A stretch of 64,000 nt of DNA, from the NCBI GenBank assembly GCA_030704615.1, contig CM060732.1, positions 41,974,001-42,038,000 of the forward strand, written 5' to 3'. The position numbers and the translations under genes were made by a program. This DNA is from Takakia lepidozioides (taxonomy: Eukaryota; Plantae; Bryophyta). The notes under the pieces were generated by a model that did no database searches, was not told the DNA's origin, and saw only the letters and a list, made by a program, of their open reading frames with translations. Position 1 is the stretch's first letter, and the number at the start of each line of letters is the position of its first letter. Of the stretch, positions 40,401 to 53,394 are shown in pieces.

Positions 40401-43400
40401 GCTGATGGACCTGATGGCATAGTCAACGAGCTTATCAAGCATGGTGGCGAACCCATGATAGAGGCCCTTGTACTTCTCTTTAACCTTATCTGGAGGACTG
40501 AAATGATCCCTTTTCGCTGGCGACAGAGGGTCATGTCAACCTATACAAGAAAGGTGACAAAGAAGAGCCGGGGAACTATCGGGCATCACGCTTGACGCCC
40601 TCTTCAAATCCATCAAGGGAATTGTGCCTCAACCTCTGTTTACCAACTTTGAAACTCTCGAGGCTGAGCCAAAAGCCCAGGCCCTTTTGGGGCCTAGTTA
40701 TTGGGCAAACCACACGCAGCAGATTGATGCTTGTGTCAAGGGATGTCTAGAGGATATCTAGAAAACTCGGATTAATACTCTGTTCCAGCGTCAGCCCCTG
40801 ACAAAGGTCCCTTTGTGTCCCTTTGTGTTCCGCTCAAACTGGACACGGGGTCAATGGCCACAAGGCGAAGGCAAACAATGTCTTATGCATACATTCTCTC
40901 CAGCCACCTTAAAAGTGTGACTGGGCAGTGCAACACACCATTTGTCACATCCATCTCATGTTAAGCTAGAGCAAGTATACATGATATCAATGCCAGTGCA
41001 GACTCCTTGCAGATAGCCTTCAGCTGTCGGGCTCACACAGCCAGCTCTAGAAAAATTGTCTTCCATAGACACAGCTACCCTGAATAATGGCTTCTTGTTA
41101 TACACAGTCTAGCCTCAATAATTGTTACATGTTAAGTATTAAACTGTCTTAACTGTCAGGAAACTCTTACCACCTTCCAAAGTACAAAGGAAATGATCGT
41201 TAACATGTTAACTGTTACGAAAAGTCTACCCCATCTTCACCTGATTTGTCTTCTGTTATATTTGTTAATGACCACCACCATGCACTATATTTCTAAATAT
41301 TCTAAATATTCTACACAATATTCTAAATTTCTGAATAAACCAGGAGGATTAACTCTGAAGACACAGTGATTCATACCTGTGCTAAGCTGCTGGAAGAAGT
41401 CAGCTGCAGCAGAAACTAGTGGATCTGAAGCCAGGCATATGACAAAGTAATTGACCTGGGAAGCACAAAAAGGCAACTGTCAATCACTGGATTATCAGAA
41501 ACACTTTCAGTGTTCATTCCAAAGCCTAAGGCAGCAGCAACGAGATCTCTATACAACCCAAACAGACACATACACAAACCAAAATTAGGGATGGGTTCAC
41601 CACTTGCAAGTTAATGCACCCCTTCTTCAGACAAATTTTGACATCAGGCACCCCTGTTTCCCGTGGATTCACACTTATTTCCTTTCTTGAAGTACCACTT
41701 AGGGGAGAACTAGAGTGCCAAAAGGCGGAGTAACAACAATCTCCAGGGTGATACCTGTTTAGGAAGTGCATATGGCTCAAGTGGGGCCTTCTCCCAAAGA
41801 TGAAGAGTGCTTGACGACGTCTTCAGCCAGTCTTCTTGGTACCTGCCATCCACCCCCAATGTACGAGTTACTATCTTCCTCAGGTACAATGTTAGCATAC
41901 TACAATCAATCATAAGAGTTTCATAGATTCTGGAGTCCTACGACTTACAGGTGACATCGAACCCAACAGAAAATACTAAAATGGTTACACTGATAATGTG
42001 AGTGTGGTTCAACTGCCCCCGCTCTTGTGCCCCACCACCTCTGTTTTTGCTGTTTAAGTCCAAAGGTAGATGTGTGGCATACAGATGGTTCAAACACAGA
42101 TTAGTATCTCAGGCCTCTCTATTGCATGCCAGAGCAACTATTCAGCCTCACACACATCTCTTCCATCAATGTGAATCTTCAAGGCTATTTGTTGTACCCA
42201 ACAAGTAGCGCAGGCACTGGCAGAGCAAGGATTGTGGATCCATGGGTGTCCAATCCGCCAATTCCCAGATTTTCACCCTGCCCTCGCCTTGGGCAGGCAT
42301 CAGTCTGATCGGAGAGTGAGGAGGCCTCTACAGCCCGATTGCTGCTGCTGCTGCGTCGAGCATCAGTATCCATATCGCTACCTTTCAGACCCCCGCTAGA
42401 CTGTGGTGGGGTAATGGGTTCTCCAACAACTGTAATTGTGCTGGTCACTTCCTTTGAATCAGTGTTTGCACTCTCCCCAAAGAGGCCCCCATCACTCAAT
42501 TGGACCCTGCCTCTACACCACTCAATGAGGCTCAGAGGCCCATCAGTACTGGCTTCTCCAAATGCATTCGACATCACTAAGCGTACATCTGACTGGAGCA
42601 GGTTGGCCACTGTTGCAGCAGAAACCTGCACCCCAATCAATCCCCTAACAATGTGTTCAACATTATTGCAATGAATTGAAAATTCACCAAGTAAGGTTTC
42701 CTTCAGTCACTTGTGGGTGCCTCTCTGCACAGGAATTGGATAGGACAAATTGATGTAGTACATTACAGGTAGAAATCAAGAGGTCCACCAGGTAGAATAT
42801 CTAGCTTACTCTAAACCTAATATTTGTCAGTATCATAAAGAAATATTTCAGGGAGCACAAAACAATTGTTCATCAAAGTGGCAGTCTTTGAACTGCTGAA
42901 TGGTGGAATACTGATTAGGGGGGGTGAGGACCAGTAAAGAGTGCGAGTGGTTGACTGCAAAGAGAAGGTGAATGCACACCTCAGCAGCAAAGCGATCTGG
43001 TAACTCCAGCCCGGACTGGTCAAGGCAGTGACTGACTGCAAGCATGCCCCCACAGCCCTGATGGCTCTGACCTGGCCCACACAGGCACTGCAGCTTTTGC
43101 AGCTCCCCATAAGCTAGCCATCCTAAGGGGCCATCTCCACCCTCCCCATCGAGTGCAACATCAACAGCAATTGATGCCTGCTGAGCCAGTAGAGGGATAG
43201 CATCCAGAACCTCCTGCCACTGGCTTTGCCTGGCAGTGCCCACCAATCCATCATCAAGAGTCTCAGCAGGACATGCACTACATGACACGCCTAGCCGTGT
43301 GTCAGCGGCAGTGCTAGTGGTGGCCTTGGGTTGTTGTGAGAGTTTGGGACCTCCCACAGGCCGCCACACACCCACTTGGGCGGCTCGAGGCCCACCCTCA

Positions 43401-46400
43401 TGAATGTCATCATCAGCATGTCCTGCAATCCTTTCTGGCACCTTCTTCCGGCGCTCTTGCTGGGGTCTTGAAGGTCCCCTCCCTGCTAGAGGGTGAGCAT
43501 CAGACTGTACCTGGCCATTCTTATTTTTAGTACTAAAAAGGTGAGATCCTAGAAGAAAACTACTTAGTAGACCAGAGACCTTTTAAATTCTTCAAAAATA
43601 AAACCATTCACATTGGAAGGTATGGTAGGCCTCAGGCATCCCTCCAAGCACTTTACAACAGGGCTACCTCAAGAATCCTGCTTTGTTACGTTAGGAATGC
43701 ATCTCTATCAATTACTCGTCATCAATTCCGTGATTAAATAACCACTTTGAAAGCTCAACATCAACCTAAGCAAGGTAAGTAGTTGCAATCCAACCTGAGT
43801 AATTTCAGAGCTGCTTTCCTTTGCTACCACGATGGTAGCGTTTGTACCCCCATTGCCTGGACTCGAGCCTCCCGAACGGATACCATTGCTGGAAGAAGAG
43901 GACAATCCATCTTGAGAGCGGTACATAGAGACCTGTAGTACCGCACACTCCAAGTCGGTTGCCAATGCAGCAACTGGAGATGCAAATGTATTCCTGCCCT
44001 CAGTGTTTTTCAGCCCGGAAGGTCCTTTGCCATTCCAGGTAGTCAGAGATCCGTCTTGAGACTGGGGTTCCTTCCCACCATTCCTGGACACAACATTTTT
44101 ATCCTCCCCAACATCCGCACCTGTACTTTGCCTTGCTAAAGGCTGGCTGATCAGGGACCCTTTCTTGGTGCCTTGGATGGCAGACACAAGGATGTACTCC
44201 CCACCTGGGTCACTTTTAGTCTTTTTCTCCATGCAGTCGATGGGTAGTGCATCATCCTGGCTGTCAGACTTGGCACCATCTGAGTTCTCCAGTTTTGGAA
44301 TCTGGGGGGGTGTCGCAGTATATTTATAGACCTCTGTTCTTGGTGACACCACAGCTGTTTTTCTGCACTCTGGCACGTATGGAGGCCTGAAGCAACAGCT
44401 AAGTCAGTGAAGTGAACCATACAAACACTGCTTCCTTGACTTCTGTCTATGACTCCGTGACACCCTCAATTTAATCTCTATATCTTTTCTTTCCATCTCT
44501 CCCTCTTCCTTACAATGTTTCTTAAACACTACCTGACTTCAGTGACCGATAGACACAATCTTGGTAATTTCGTCTGACATCAAATTCAATTTTTAATATG
44601 ATAATATCATTTTAATTTGCAAATAGAAACTCCTACATACATGGCTTCCATGTACGATGTATAAGACATCATCTATCCCTACATTATGTGTCTCATTCCC
44701 TTCTTCGCGGAAGTGCAGCTACAGGAGATTTCCATCCATCTGACAGCAAACCTTATGAGTCAACCTTTCCCAGGGCCAAGTAATGGAGTATGGTTTCTCA
44801 CACTCTCATTGACATGTAATGCATTTTCCTTCCTGCCACCCCTCGTGTCCCTCCTCTGAAAATGTCAAAAGAGACTCACCTAGGAACAGTGGAGCTGGCA
44901 GACAAAGCTTTTCCCCCTGGAAAGTCAACAGGTTCAAACCCTGGAGCAAACAGCATCATCGCCTCTGCCTGTGGCAGAGACTCCTGGGCAAGGGCGTGTG
45001 CTTGGGGGGATGACTGCACACCAGCTGAAGCTTGGGGATTGTCCTTGAATATATTTGGCTTACTGCCACGGGCACTCAGAACCTCATAACCCTGTTGTGT
45101 TCCAAATGCCTCCAACATGGGAAAGTCCAGAATAGGAAGGAGCATGGGATCTGATGGGTCCATAGACACAGTGCCAGGTGTGTTTGTACCGTCTCCGCAA
45201 TCGGCTAGCGAGAACATCAGTGCTTGTGACTCCGCTGTGTCAGGGGGCTGCCAGACCAACCCCACCCATTCAATAACTGCATTTCACAACTGTCTGAGTA
45301 ACTGAACAAAGTAATGCCACAACAATATCATAGCCTAGGAATTACACAGTAAAGTGAAGGATTACACAGTAAAGGTTTCTTGCATCATAGCTGCTTTAAA
45401 ATTGATCTTCTGCCTCAATTGATTGATGTTCATGAATACCATTGAGAAAAGCCAAACTAGGCAAGATCTGTTAGTTCTCTGTCACAAAACGTTATCATAA
45501 TCCAGTCATGTGCATGTTTACGATATGACAAGGAGGTGACTCTAAATGTAATTGGCTATTTGTAACTCCTGAAAGTAGAATTCATTCTTAGGCTTGAAAA
45601 CTTGAAATTTTACTTGCACAAATGACTCACCTCTCCAAAGCCAAGCCCATCATCTTCAAAGAAATCCCCGAAGTCCCCAAACTCTGCTAGGATGTCAGCG
45701 TCACTTTGCATGTCCATACCCATCCCCATGCCATGCTCGTCGTCATTCCACTGGTCCCATGGGGTCCCAAGCTGGCTTCCACCTCCCCTTGGGGTGCCAA
45801 TTCCCAGGCTCGACGAACCCAAGGCACTGGCCTCCCCAGTAATCCCCACCGTCTTTTTTTCATTAACTGTCCCTTCTACAAGTACTGACATGTCAGTCCC
45901 AATGCTATTGCTTCGCTTGACAGCTTTTAAGGGTGGGTCACTCGCAGAGACCACACCCATTGCTTTTGTGCGCCCTCTTTTTGCCCCCTGCACAGTCCCA
46001 AACGTTAACTATGTTCTTGTAAAAATGCCAAAGGAAGTTCAAATCAAAGGTAACTAGTCAAGAACTTTTTGAGGACCCTTGACATCAATTGTAGAAACAC
46101 CTTCTGGCGCACAACAGGGCTTGCATGAGACCAATGACAATTACACTCATCTATATATTCTTAAGCTCCATTAAGATCCCACTTTCAAACACCTCACAGA
46201 CGCTATTCTGAGAATGTATCTATCTTGGAGAGTACCTGCAAGACCTTCACATCAGCCACAGCAGCATCTAACTGCTGAGATGTAGCAAGTGCCGTCCTCA
46301 TGTTGGTGTGTTTTGACGACACCATGCCAGCTGCCTTGCTGCCCAGAGAGTCAGCATCTGCGTCCAGCTCTCCCCCACCTGTGCACAATCAAAAGGTGTC

Positions 46401-49400
46401 AATCAGTCACAGTGATTATGGCGTAGTGTTGTAGCCCCCGACTGTCTCTCCATGGGCCCTTAAGGTCCAATCTGCAAGGCATAAATAATGTTTATTTCTT
46501 CTTTTCTTCTATGCATTCCATTTGGATTCCATGATTTAGGCAGAAGTTCTCTCCTCTGTCAGACAGGACCTCGTGCATATGCTATAACAAGCAAGTGCAA
46601 TGCAGTACTCTGAGAAAGGGCTAAAACCTGTCGAGGCTTCGGCTTCACTGGAACTGGAACTGCCACTGCTGCCCTGGCTACTGCTGCTGCTGTTAGTGCT
46701 CGCCCCACTCCCACTGCTTGTGCCAGCCCCACTGCTTGGAGCTGGGCCTGATCCATTGGCCCCCGTGCCTGTAATGCTTGATTTCTCTTTTCTATGGCCA
46801 TTTTGGGGTCCAATCCTGCTCAACATGACAATAATGGGACCCGGTAAAAGTTTCATCAGAGATGATGCATAAACCCAAACATGTTTGAATTGAGGAGATT
46901 TCAGAAAATGACTTCAACTCGAGCAAATTTGTTTGCTTCACATCTAAGCAAATGCTTCACTTGGCATAATATGACCACCTTATTGCATAAAATGAATATG
47001 TTCAACGCTGCAGAAACATTGACACCCCACCAGTGAGTGTACCTATTATAGAATGTACTATCCGCTTCATCCCCACCATCCTCTAGCCAATTTGTGCCTG
47101 CGAAATCTTCAAGCCAACATCTGCAGGTAACAGGAAGAGACATTCCTTACCACCAACTTTCAGTAAGTGCAAATTATTAGCAAACAACATGCTGTCTGCC
47201 TAAAACTGACCCTCATCAGACTCTGCCAGTGGCACGGTAAATAAGCAACATGGTATCTCACTAAAAAAACCACATCAAGGAGCAAACTTCATTTGTATCC
47301 GCAGACAGCACAACTATGAAAGGAAAAGAAACAAACCTTCGGAGGTAGCTACAGGCAGGAACCAATGGGCGCATGGGCACCAGTACCGCATCCAACGGGT
47401 ATATCAATACCCTTGCTTCCCTGTTCTCGTCCTGACTCCCTTTCCCGTTGCCCTCCAAAGCCTGACGTAGTCAGCACCATAATTGTTGCTGAGGGATCCG
47501 TTCAGAACAGTAGAAACACAAGGATGGAATATACTACCTACTGCAGCATGCAACACTTGGCAATCTAGGCTTCTTTACATGACTCACCAGGCTAGACCAT
47601 GGATGGTGCTTTTCGAGAAGGTTTTTTGTCCTCTAATTTGTGCCATGGCCCCTTTACATTGTAGAGTCACTTTCTTTTCATCTCTCTCTCTCTCTCTCAT
47701 CGACATCGGCAAACAACGTCTTATGAGTACAATCTCTCATCGACATCTTGGATGACCTCAAGGGTCTACCCACTCTCGGCACTAGACTGAAATTTAAACT
47801 CAGGGCAGGAAGCCTACCTTTGAACAGCAAACAGAAGCAGAGAGGAAAGGGAGAGTGCAATTGCCCGTTGTGTGGGCAATCTGAAGACAGTATTCATTTT
47901 CTGATACACTGTCCGGGGTTCTCTCACCAAAGAGACGCTCTTCAAATCTATTAAGGGAATTGTGCCTGTACCCCTGTTTACCAACTTTGAAAGTCTCGAG
48001 GCTGACCCAAAAGCCCAGGCCCTCCTGAGGCCTAGTTTTTGGGCAAATCACACAGCAGATTGATGCTTGTGTGAAGGGATTTCTAGAGGATATCTGGAAA
48101 ACCCGGATTAATTCTATATATGGAGGTAAGTCTTACTACCAACGTCAGCCCCTGACAGAGGTAGGTTCTGTCCCTTTTGTTCCCGCTCAAACTGGGCGCG
48201 GGGTCAATGGCCACAAGGCTACGGCAAACAACGTCTTATGAGTACAATCTCTCTCATCGAGCCTAAAGCCCTGGTCCTGTTGGGATCTAATTGCTGGGCA
48301 GCTCACACACTGCAGACTGATGCTTGTCTGAGGGCTTTTCTAGAGAAATCTGGAAAGCCCGAACCAATTGCTTATACCAAGTCCCTTTACTGGAGTGAGC
48401 CCCTCACAACGGTAGTGTCTGTTCCCTCTTGTTCCACCCAGACTGGGCGTGGGGTCTATGGCCAGAAGGCCACAGCAAACAATTTCTCACAAGTACATTA
48501 CAAAATCTCTCTCTTGGATGCCAATCATGCTTCTCAAAACCATCCTTTGCACATGTAGACTTGGAGGAAGTGGTATACCAAAGTAGAAGCCTTTACTATC
48601 TGTTCATTCCTAGACACTGATGGGAACAATTAAAGAGAATCGTCCTTTCAGTTCTAATACCCTTAGAACAGGGAGGTTACATATCTAGCACTCACCCTGG
48701 TCAGAGATGGCCTTAGCGCCCTGGTGCCTCCTGGCAGCTGGCCCAGCCAGACTTCTGCATAGCATGACTGCAGAGCTGTCGTATTTCCATTTGATGAAGT
48801 TCCAGCAAAAACACGAAACGGGAGGGATGAAGACGACGCCTGCAGCTTGCTGCAACAGTGACAGCAGGGGGCAAACCCCAGGGTAGGGGAGCTCTAATCA
48901 GCGGGTGTGGGTATGTGTGCGCGGTCGCATGCCAGCCAGCCCAGGATCTGCAGTCCTCCCCAGTGTATATTGGGGTTACATCTATGTAGCTGATATCCTC
49001 TAGAAAGCTGTTGAGAAGAACAGTAGAAGAGCTCCTGGTTTGCCACTTCCAATGTCACCGCAGAGGGTACAGCTCCTGGGTCGCAAAACCTTTTAACCGC
49101 CCTAACCACACTAATAATCCAGACTTCCATGTGGAAGACAGATGATAATAAGATCTTAACTCTACATTTACAGTTCATATCTCCGAAAAATCAAACACAA
49201 TATATCACTGCTACATATTGGATGATCCTACACAAATACAAGATCAGAACTTGACCAGTACATGCGACTTAGTGTTATATTGCTGAATGGCACTCGTCAA
49301 TGATCACTCAAGCTCACTTGGCCACTGAATGTACTAGACCACAAAATCTCCAGCTGCCTTCAGCCTTAACCATTTCCAAAAATTAAATGAGTACAGAGAG

Positions 49401-52400
49401 TAAAAGATCTCGAAGTACATCTTGGCTAAGGGGCCCACATACTTATTACTATTACATACAACAAAAGATTACCTGCGGTATAGTTGACTCACGACATCAC
49501 CCGGACAGCAGCCACTCAGCCGCCCACTCAACCCATTTGGGGCCACCACAACTGCAACAGGATGCATCTTTCAAAGGTATTAGAAAACAAACCCACCAGG
49601 TATGAAGTAGATCATTTCTCCTACAATCCTCACGTCCGAAAGACAGAACATGAAATTTCATGCAGTTGATGAGGGAATAGTAGCCAGGGTCGGACTCTCC
49701 AGTTCATTGTCAAGCATAGAGGAAAGTGAAAGAAGCACCATGGGCAAGACCTGGAAGACTATCTTCAGATAGCACAGTATTTGAACGTTGCTGGGCAAGC
49801 ACTGCCTGCATATCACTAGCAACCAACTGTCTCACTCTCCTGCAACAGAATCACACCTGCATGAGCGTTTGTTTTTGGTTTCGAGTTACAGAACCATGAC
49901 CAAATTCACACACCATCGATGTTAGATATAGCAACTCAGCAGAATAGATGTAACATTCATTGAAATGAATGCCAGAAATAAGCTAATTCCAAATTTGTTC
50001 AGGACCTTCTAAGCTGCTCTGCTTCTGCTTTTACAGGGCCACTCTGCAAGAAAGCAAAAATCTAGCTTGTAATGATTGCCTCACAAGGTGCTCTACGCAC
50101 TTTCGGCGCACCAACACGTGTACAAAGATGGCCTCCTCGCTAGCCGCAAACACCAGTTCACAGCTTGGCAGCGGTTTCCTGCTCTCATAAACCACCCCAT
50201 AGAAAACATGGAGAAAGCTTAATTGCCTTGAGATCCCTACACATTCATGAATAGATTATGTGCATTACTTCAAAATCCCTTATGACAACAATTCTTTTCT
50301 AAAAAAGTTACACTAGGCTTGAGAGAAAGAGAACCGAGCTAGACTACTACCAGTATAATGAATAACTTGGATTCAAGGCCCTTACTTTCCATTCAAACAC
50401 AAGTCCAAACTAGGTCCAAACCAAGCAGTCTAAGCATCTCCATTTGCTGGCTAGTGTATCAAGTTGTTGCAGCTTAATCCACACCCAAAGACTGCTATAG
50501 GTTTCCTACAATCATCCCAAGGCAGACCCTTTTGACTCAATACTCCTCGAGACCCGCAGAAAATAGTGGCGAGGACTAACATCTCACTGTTGTGAGATGC
50601 CATTTGAGGAGAAAGGTTTCTTACCTCAAACTTGCCTCGCTGGAACCTTGCCGGCGGCATTTCACGAAAACATCTCCAAAGCGAACATAAGAAAGACTTC
50701 GAAATGCCCTGTCACAGAGCCACCATGTTCATCTAAGATGACACTTCCACCCAAAATAGATGAGATAGTCCATGTAAACACCCTTCCTTAAGAGGAGTGA
50801 CCGAAACATCTCAACTGAAGTGAGAGGACAAAAATGACATTTACTGAGGAAGGCTCAAACAATAAAATGCCTATATCTACACAATATCTATAATCCCCTC
50901 CCCCAAGACCAGGAGACCTTGGCAGGAGTTGGGTGTTTGCAGCGCCTGCACAAAGAATCCTTAGATCTTGGGTGCATAAAGTTCGCAAAACAGTACCTCA
51001 CATTACAGAGCCATGAAGACTTAAACCTGAGGCTTCAGTTCTGCACTACCAACCCACTGTTAATACACCAAAGATCATCAGGAATGGGCCAAAATGGATC
51101 CACCTCTCAATGCGATTTTGCAGTGCTTGAGAGAGAGCCGACGAGACTTCATTGCATATGCCAGGTGCACACCATATCCCTTCTCCCACAACTGCACAAT
51201 TGCCAGATTAAATTAGCCTTTCTTGCCAATTGATTTTATCCACTTTCGAAATCAGAAATCCAGGCTAGAAAAGTGGCCGAAACCAAGTTGTCCCACTATA
51301 TCAATCAAAAAGTGGGGGTAGAGACATTAATACAAAAAGATGTAAATATTCCCATGGGACCAGGCAGTCCATCGGGAAGATTTTAGTCTTCAGTCAGCCA
51401 AGGACATGATAGCCACAGGAAGCAGAGGAAAACAGCAGGATGGACAAGCACAAGACTATGTTTATCATCAAATTGGGCACCCAGATATTGTCATGCTAAA
51501 AGAAGCTCTGAAAACTCTCTCGTTAACTAAGCAGAGCCTCTCACCAGCTCACCTATTGGCACTCTTCAGATAGAATCTGTTGATAGTAGCATCCCTATAA
51601 CTCAGAGGAGTCCATATTATCACCCAGCCCCTTTCAGAATGCATAAGTTTCCAGGCCCTCAGTCTCCTTTTGAGATGTGAAGATTGAAATAGAGTGTGGT
51701 CTGAATTCAGGATCCAGCCAAATTGTAAAGACTTTCTTTCTATTCATTTGAAAAGAACCTCGTGTATCGCACCTTTAAGACCAGAGATGGCTGTGTGGAC
51801 TGAAGGGTTGAGGCCCTCATGCCGTCCTGGTAAGAAAAGCCATAGCTTGACTAGATCCACTGCATTCACATTCACAGACGCACTCGTGAAAAGTATACAC
51901 TTGTACACACAAAAGTTATGTTCTGAGTGAATCCAGAACCAAAAACTTGATTGCTCATTCGAGTGAATGTTGAGCCATCTGATGCCACAGAAGGAGATGC
52001 ACCCTGGAATATCTGACACTCTTGCATACCAAAGCAGAGGTTATCTGTGATTTGAGGGATTCATCAAACATGATAGCAGCAGTTTTGTCAGATGGTAAGT
52101 TGGCCTACACTTAAATCTTACAACTACAACTGTATCAGAACTTTCAGATTCGGAACATAGGGCCCTACGCCTTTGGATATGATCTACTCCATACACCACA
52201 GAAAACATCTCAATATGTGCAATAGAGGCAGAGGTAGAGGGTAAGCACCTAGCGCATGTTCATCAGAAGGCTCCCAAGGTAAACCAGAGAGAGTCCAGCT
52301 ACTAAGATGGCCTGCCTCCTGAAGCCTCATATGTGCTTTCACTACCTCCATTGTCGCAACATCTTGCTGTGTCTTCTCCTTCCTGCCATCACAAGCCATC

Positions 52401-53394
52401 CAAATAACAAGCTCCACTCAAACTAACTCCATGACAATTTTACGTCAAACTGGACAATTGCTCGAAGTCAGCCACCCTATAAGTATTGTCCCAGCAGAAA
52501 AGGATTCTTGATGTGTTTTCAGTCTCCTGATCAAAAAGTGGGAAATCAAGGAAGTAAACGAATGCAGCAATGCTTTGACGTGTCCCAGAAACAATTACAC
52601 TGAGGGGAGGAGCCATTCTTCATTCCCTCGCCCTGGCAGGGTGGGCTATTCTTCAATTACCATCCAGGATTTCTTGGTTTGCGAAGTTTGATCTGGGGTA
52701 TTTTCCTATATCTTCAAGAAAACAGAGATATGTACTCACAAGATGTCTTTTGCCATAGCCTTGTGGCCATAGATCTGTGCTCAGTTTGGGTGGAAAGGAC
52801 AGAGAGAGGGAAATACAGAAATCATGTATAATATGTACCACAGGGGCCCATGGACAGAGCAACAAAAAAAACTACATTTCCAGAAGAGTGCCAGAGAAAG
52901 AGAGATTGTCAGAAACTGATTACCCCAGAAACCCTCTAACAGGGTTTAAGGGAAATCTCCCTAAGTACCTCCATTATCTGTGAGCATAAGGGCATTCATA
53001 CGAAACCACTAGCTTGCAGTACTACTTCCCCCTTGAGGACTGTTTCTGAACATTTTGAGAGATAAGAAATATCTTTGACCAATGGACTGATCAGACGGCA
53101 TGGTCAAACTTCTAAAGCTGCAGAGTAGCGACGATGAGAACACCTGGCCACACTTGGAGAGAGGAGCTCGGCCTCTGGTAGAAGTTGGAACCATGATATT
53201 TGTTGAAGTCCTCCCTGTACCCCGACAAACGCAAAGTGAGGCTCCTGAATACACTGTGGAACCCTGCATTGAGGTCACCTAGGCTGGCCGGCTTCCGACT
53301 AAACCCTGAAAAGCCCAGGCTTAAAATATTACAGAATAAAGCCCGTAAAAGTCCTGGGGGATTAACTTACAATGCGGAAAACGTTTGTCAGCAT
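31443..53394 (-). CDS. MED13: Mediator of RNA polymerase II transcription subunit 13 (CDK8 module; GCT/MAB2-like), more than 20 exons
   Basis: First exons: 53394-53371 (MLTNVFRI), 53214-53144 (GGLQQISWFQLLP), 52382-52249, 51859-51773 (VKLWLFLPGRH), 51191-51104, 50708-50625 (LSYVRFGDVF). Internal motifs EFGDFGDFFEDD, VGYQEDWLKTS..LWEKAPLEPY, LHCCYAWTENWHWMVSVWTDARGELLD; C-terminus LSWLTV...RRSPLPFHC, stop at 31443. Some internal exon borders were not fully resolved. Confidence 0.93.
36300..37355 (+). mobile_element. LINE reverse-transcriptase fragment (RTE/RTEX-like) in the 5.3-kb MED13 intron
   Basis: PVFKSGD..NYRPI, DHIFTL, VCFVDFQKAF, GVKKGCPLS, LYADD (shifted frame), VNLSKTKIMVF; frameshifted. 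Confidence 0.9.
37360..38462 (+). mobile_element. (TC)n-tailed LINE copy: RT C-terminal part, CCHC finger and 3' end
   Basis: IPVLPSYTYTGVE...WDARIQKM, PALEYASAVW, CNCPMCGQPEDNIHFMIHC; ends CTTATGAGTACAT(TC)n. Confidence 0.85.
38463..39530 (+). mobile_element. Three head-to-tail 5'-truncated LINE copies (~38463-38870, ~38881-38990, ~39000-39530)
   Basis: Each ends GGCCACAAGGCTACGGCAAACAACGTCTTATGAGTACA(A/T)TCTCT; the middle copy is flanked by the duplicated TCTCTTTCTCTCGTACT. Confidence 0.92.
39531..40900 (+). mobile_element. Internally deleted LINE copy: APE endonuclease end, linker and RT start fused to the 3' end
   Basis: DIGTSDHFLVWTEI (APE SDH motif), KADGPDGIVNELIKHGG, YKKGDKEEPGNYR, then an abrupt join near 40594 to GACGCCCTCTTCAAATCC and a 3' end CTTATGCATACATTCTCTC. 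Confidence 0.85.
47679..48492 (+). mobile_element. (TC)n tract followed by three head-to-tail LINE copies (~47708-47732, ~47744-48247, ~48261-48492) in a MED13 intron
   Basis: TCTCTCATCGA(CATC) repeated at each junction; the middle copy is almost identical to 38463-38860. Confidence 0.92.
52725..52800 (-). mobile_element. Degenerate short 3'-end copy of the same LINE
   Basis: GTACTCACAAGATGTCTTTTGCCATAGCCTTGTGGCCATAGA...CAGTTTGGGTGGAA is the reverse complement of the family terminus. Confidence 0.7.

Noticed and set aside
52960-53035. Alternative MED13 exon 2 candidate (GEVVLQ..WF)
   Set aside because: It contains a stop/frameshift; the true exon GGLQQISWFQLLP is at 53214-53144.
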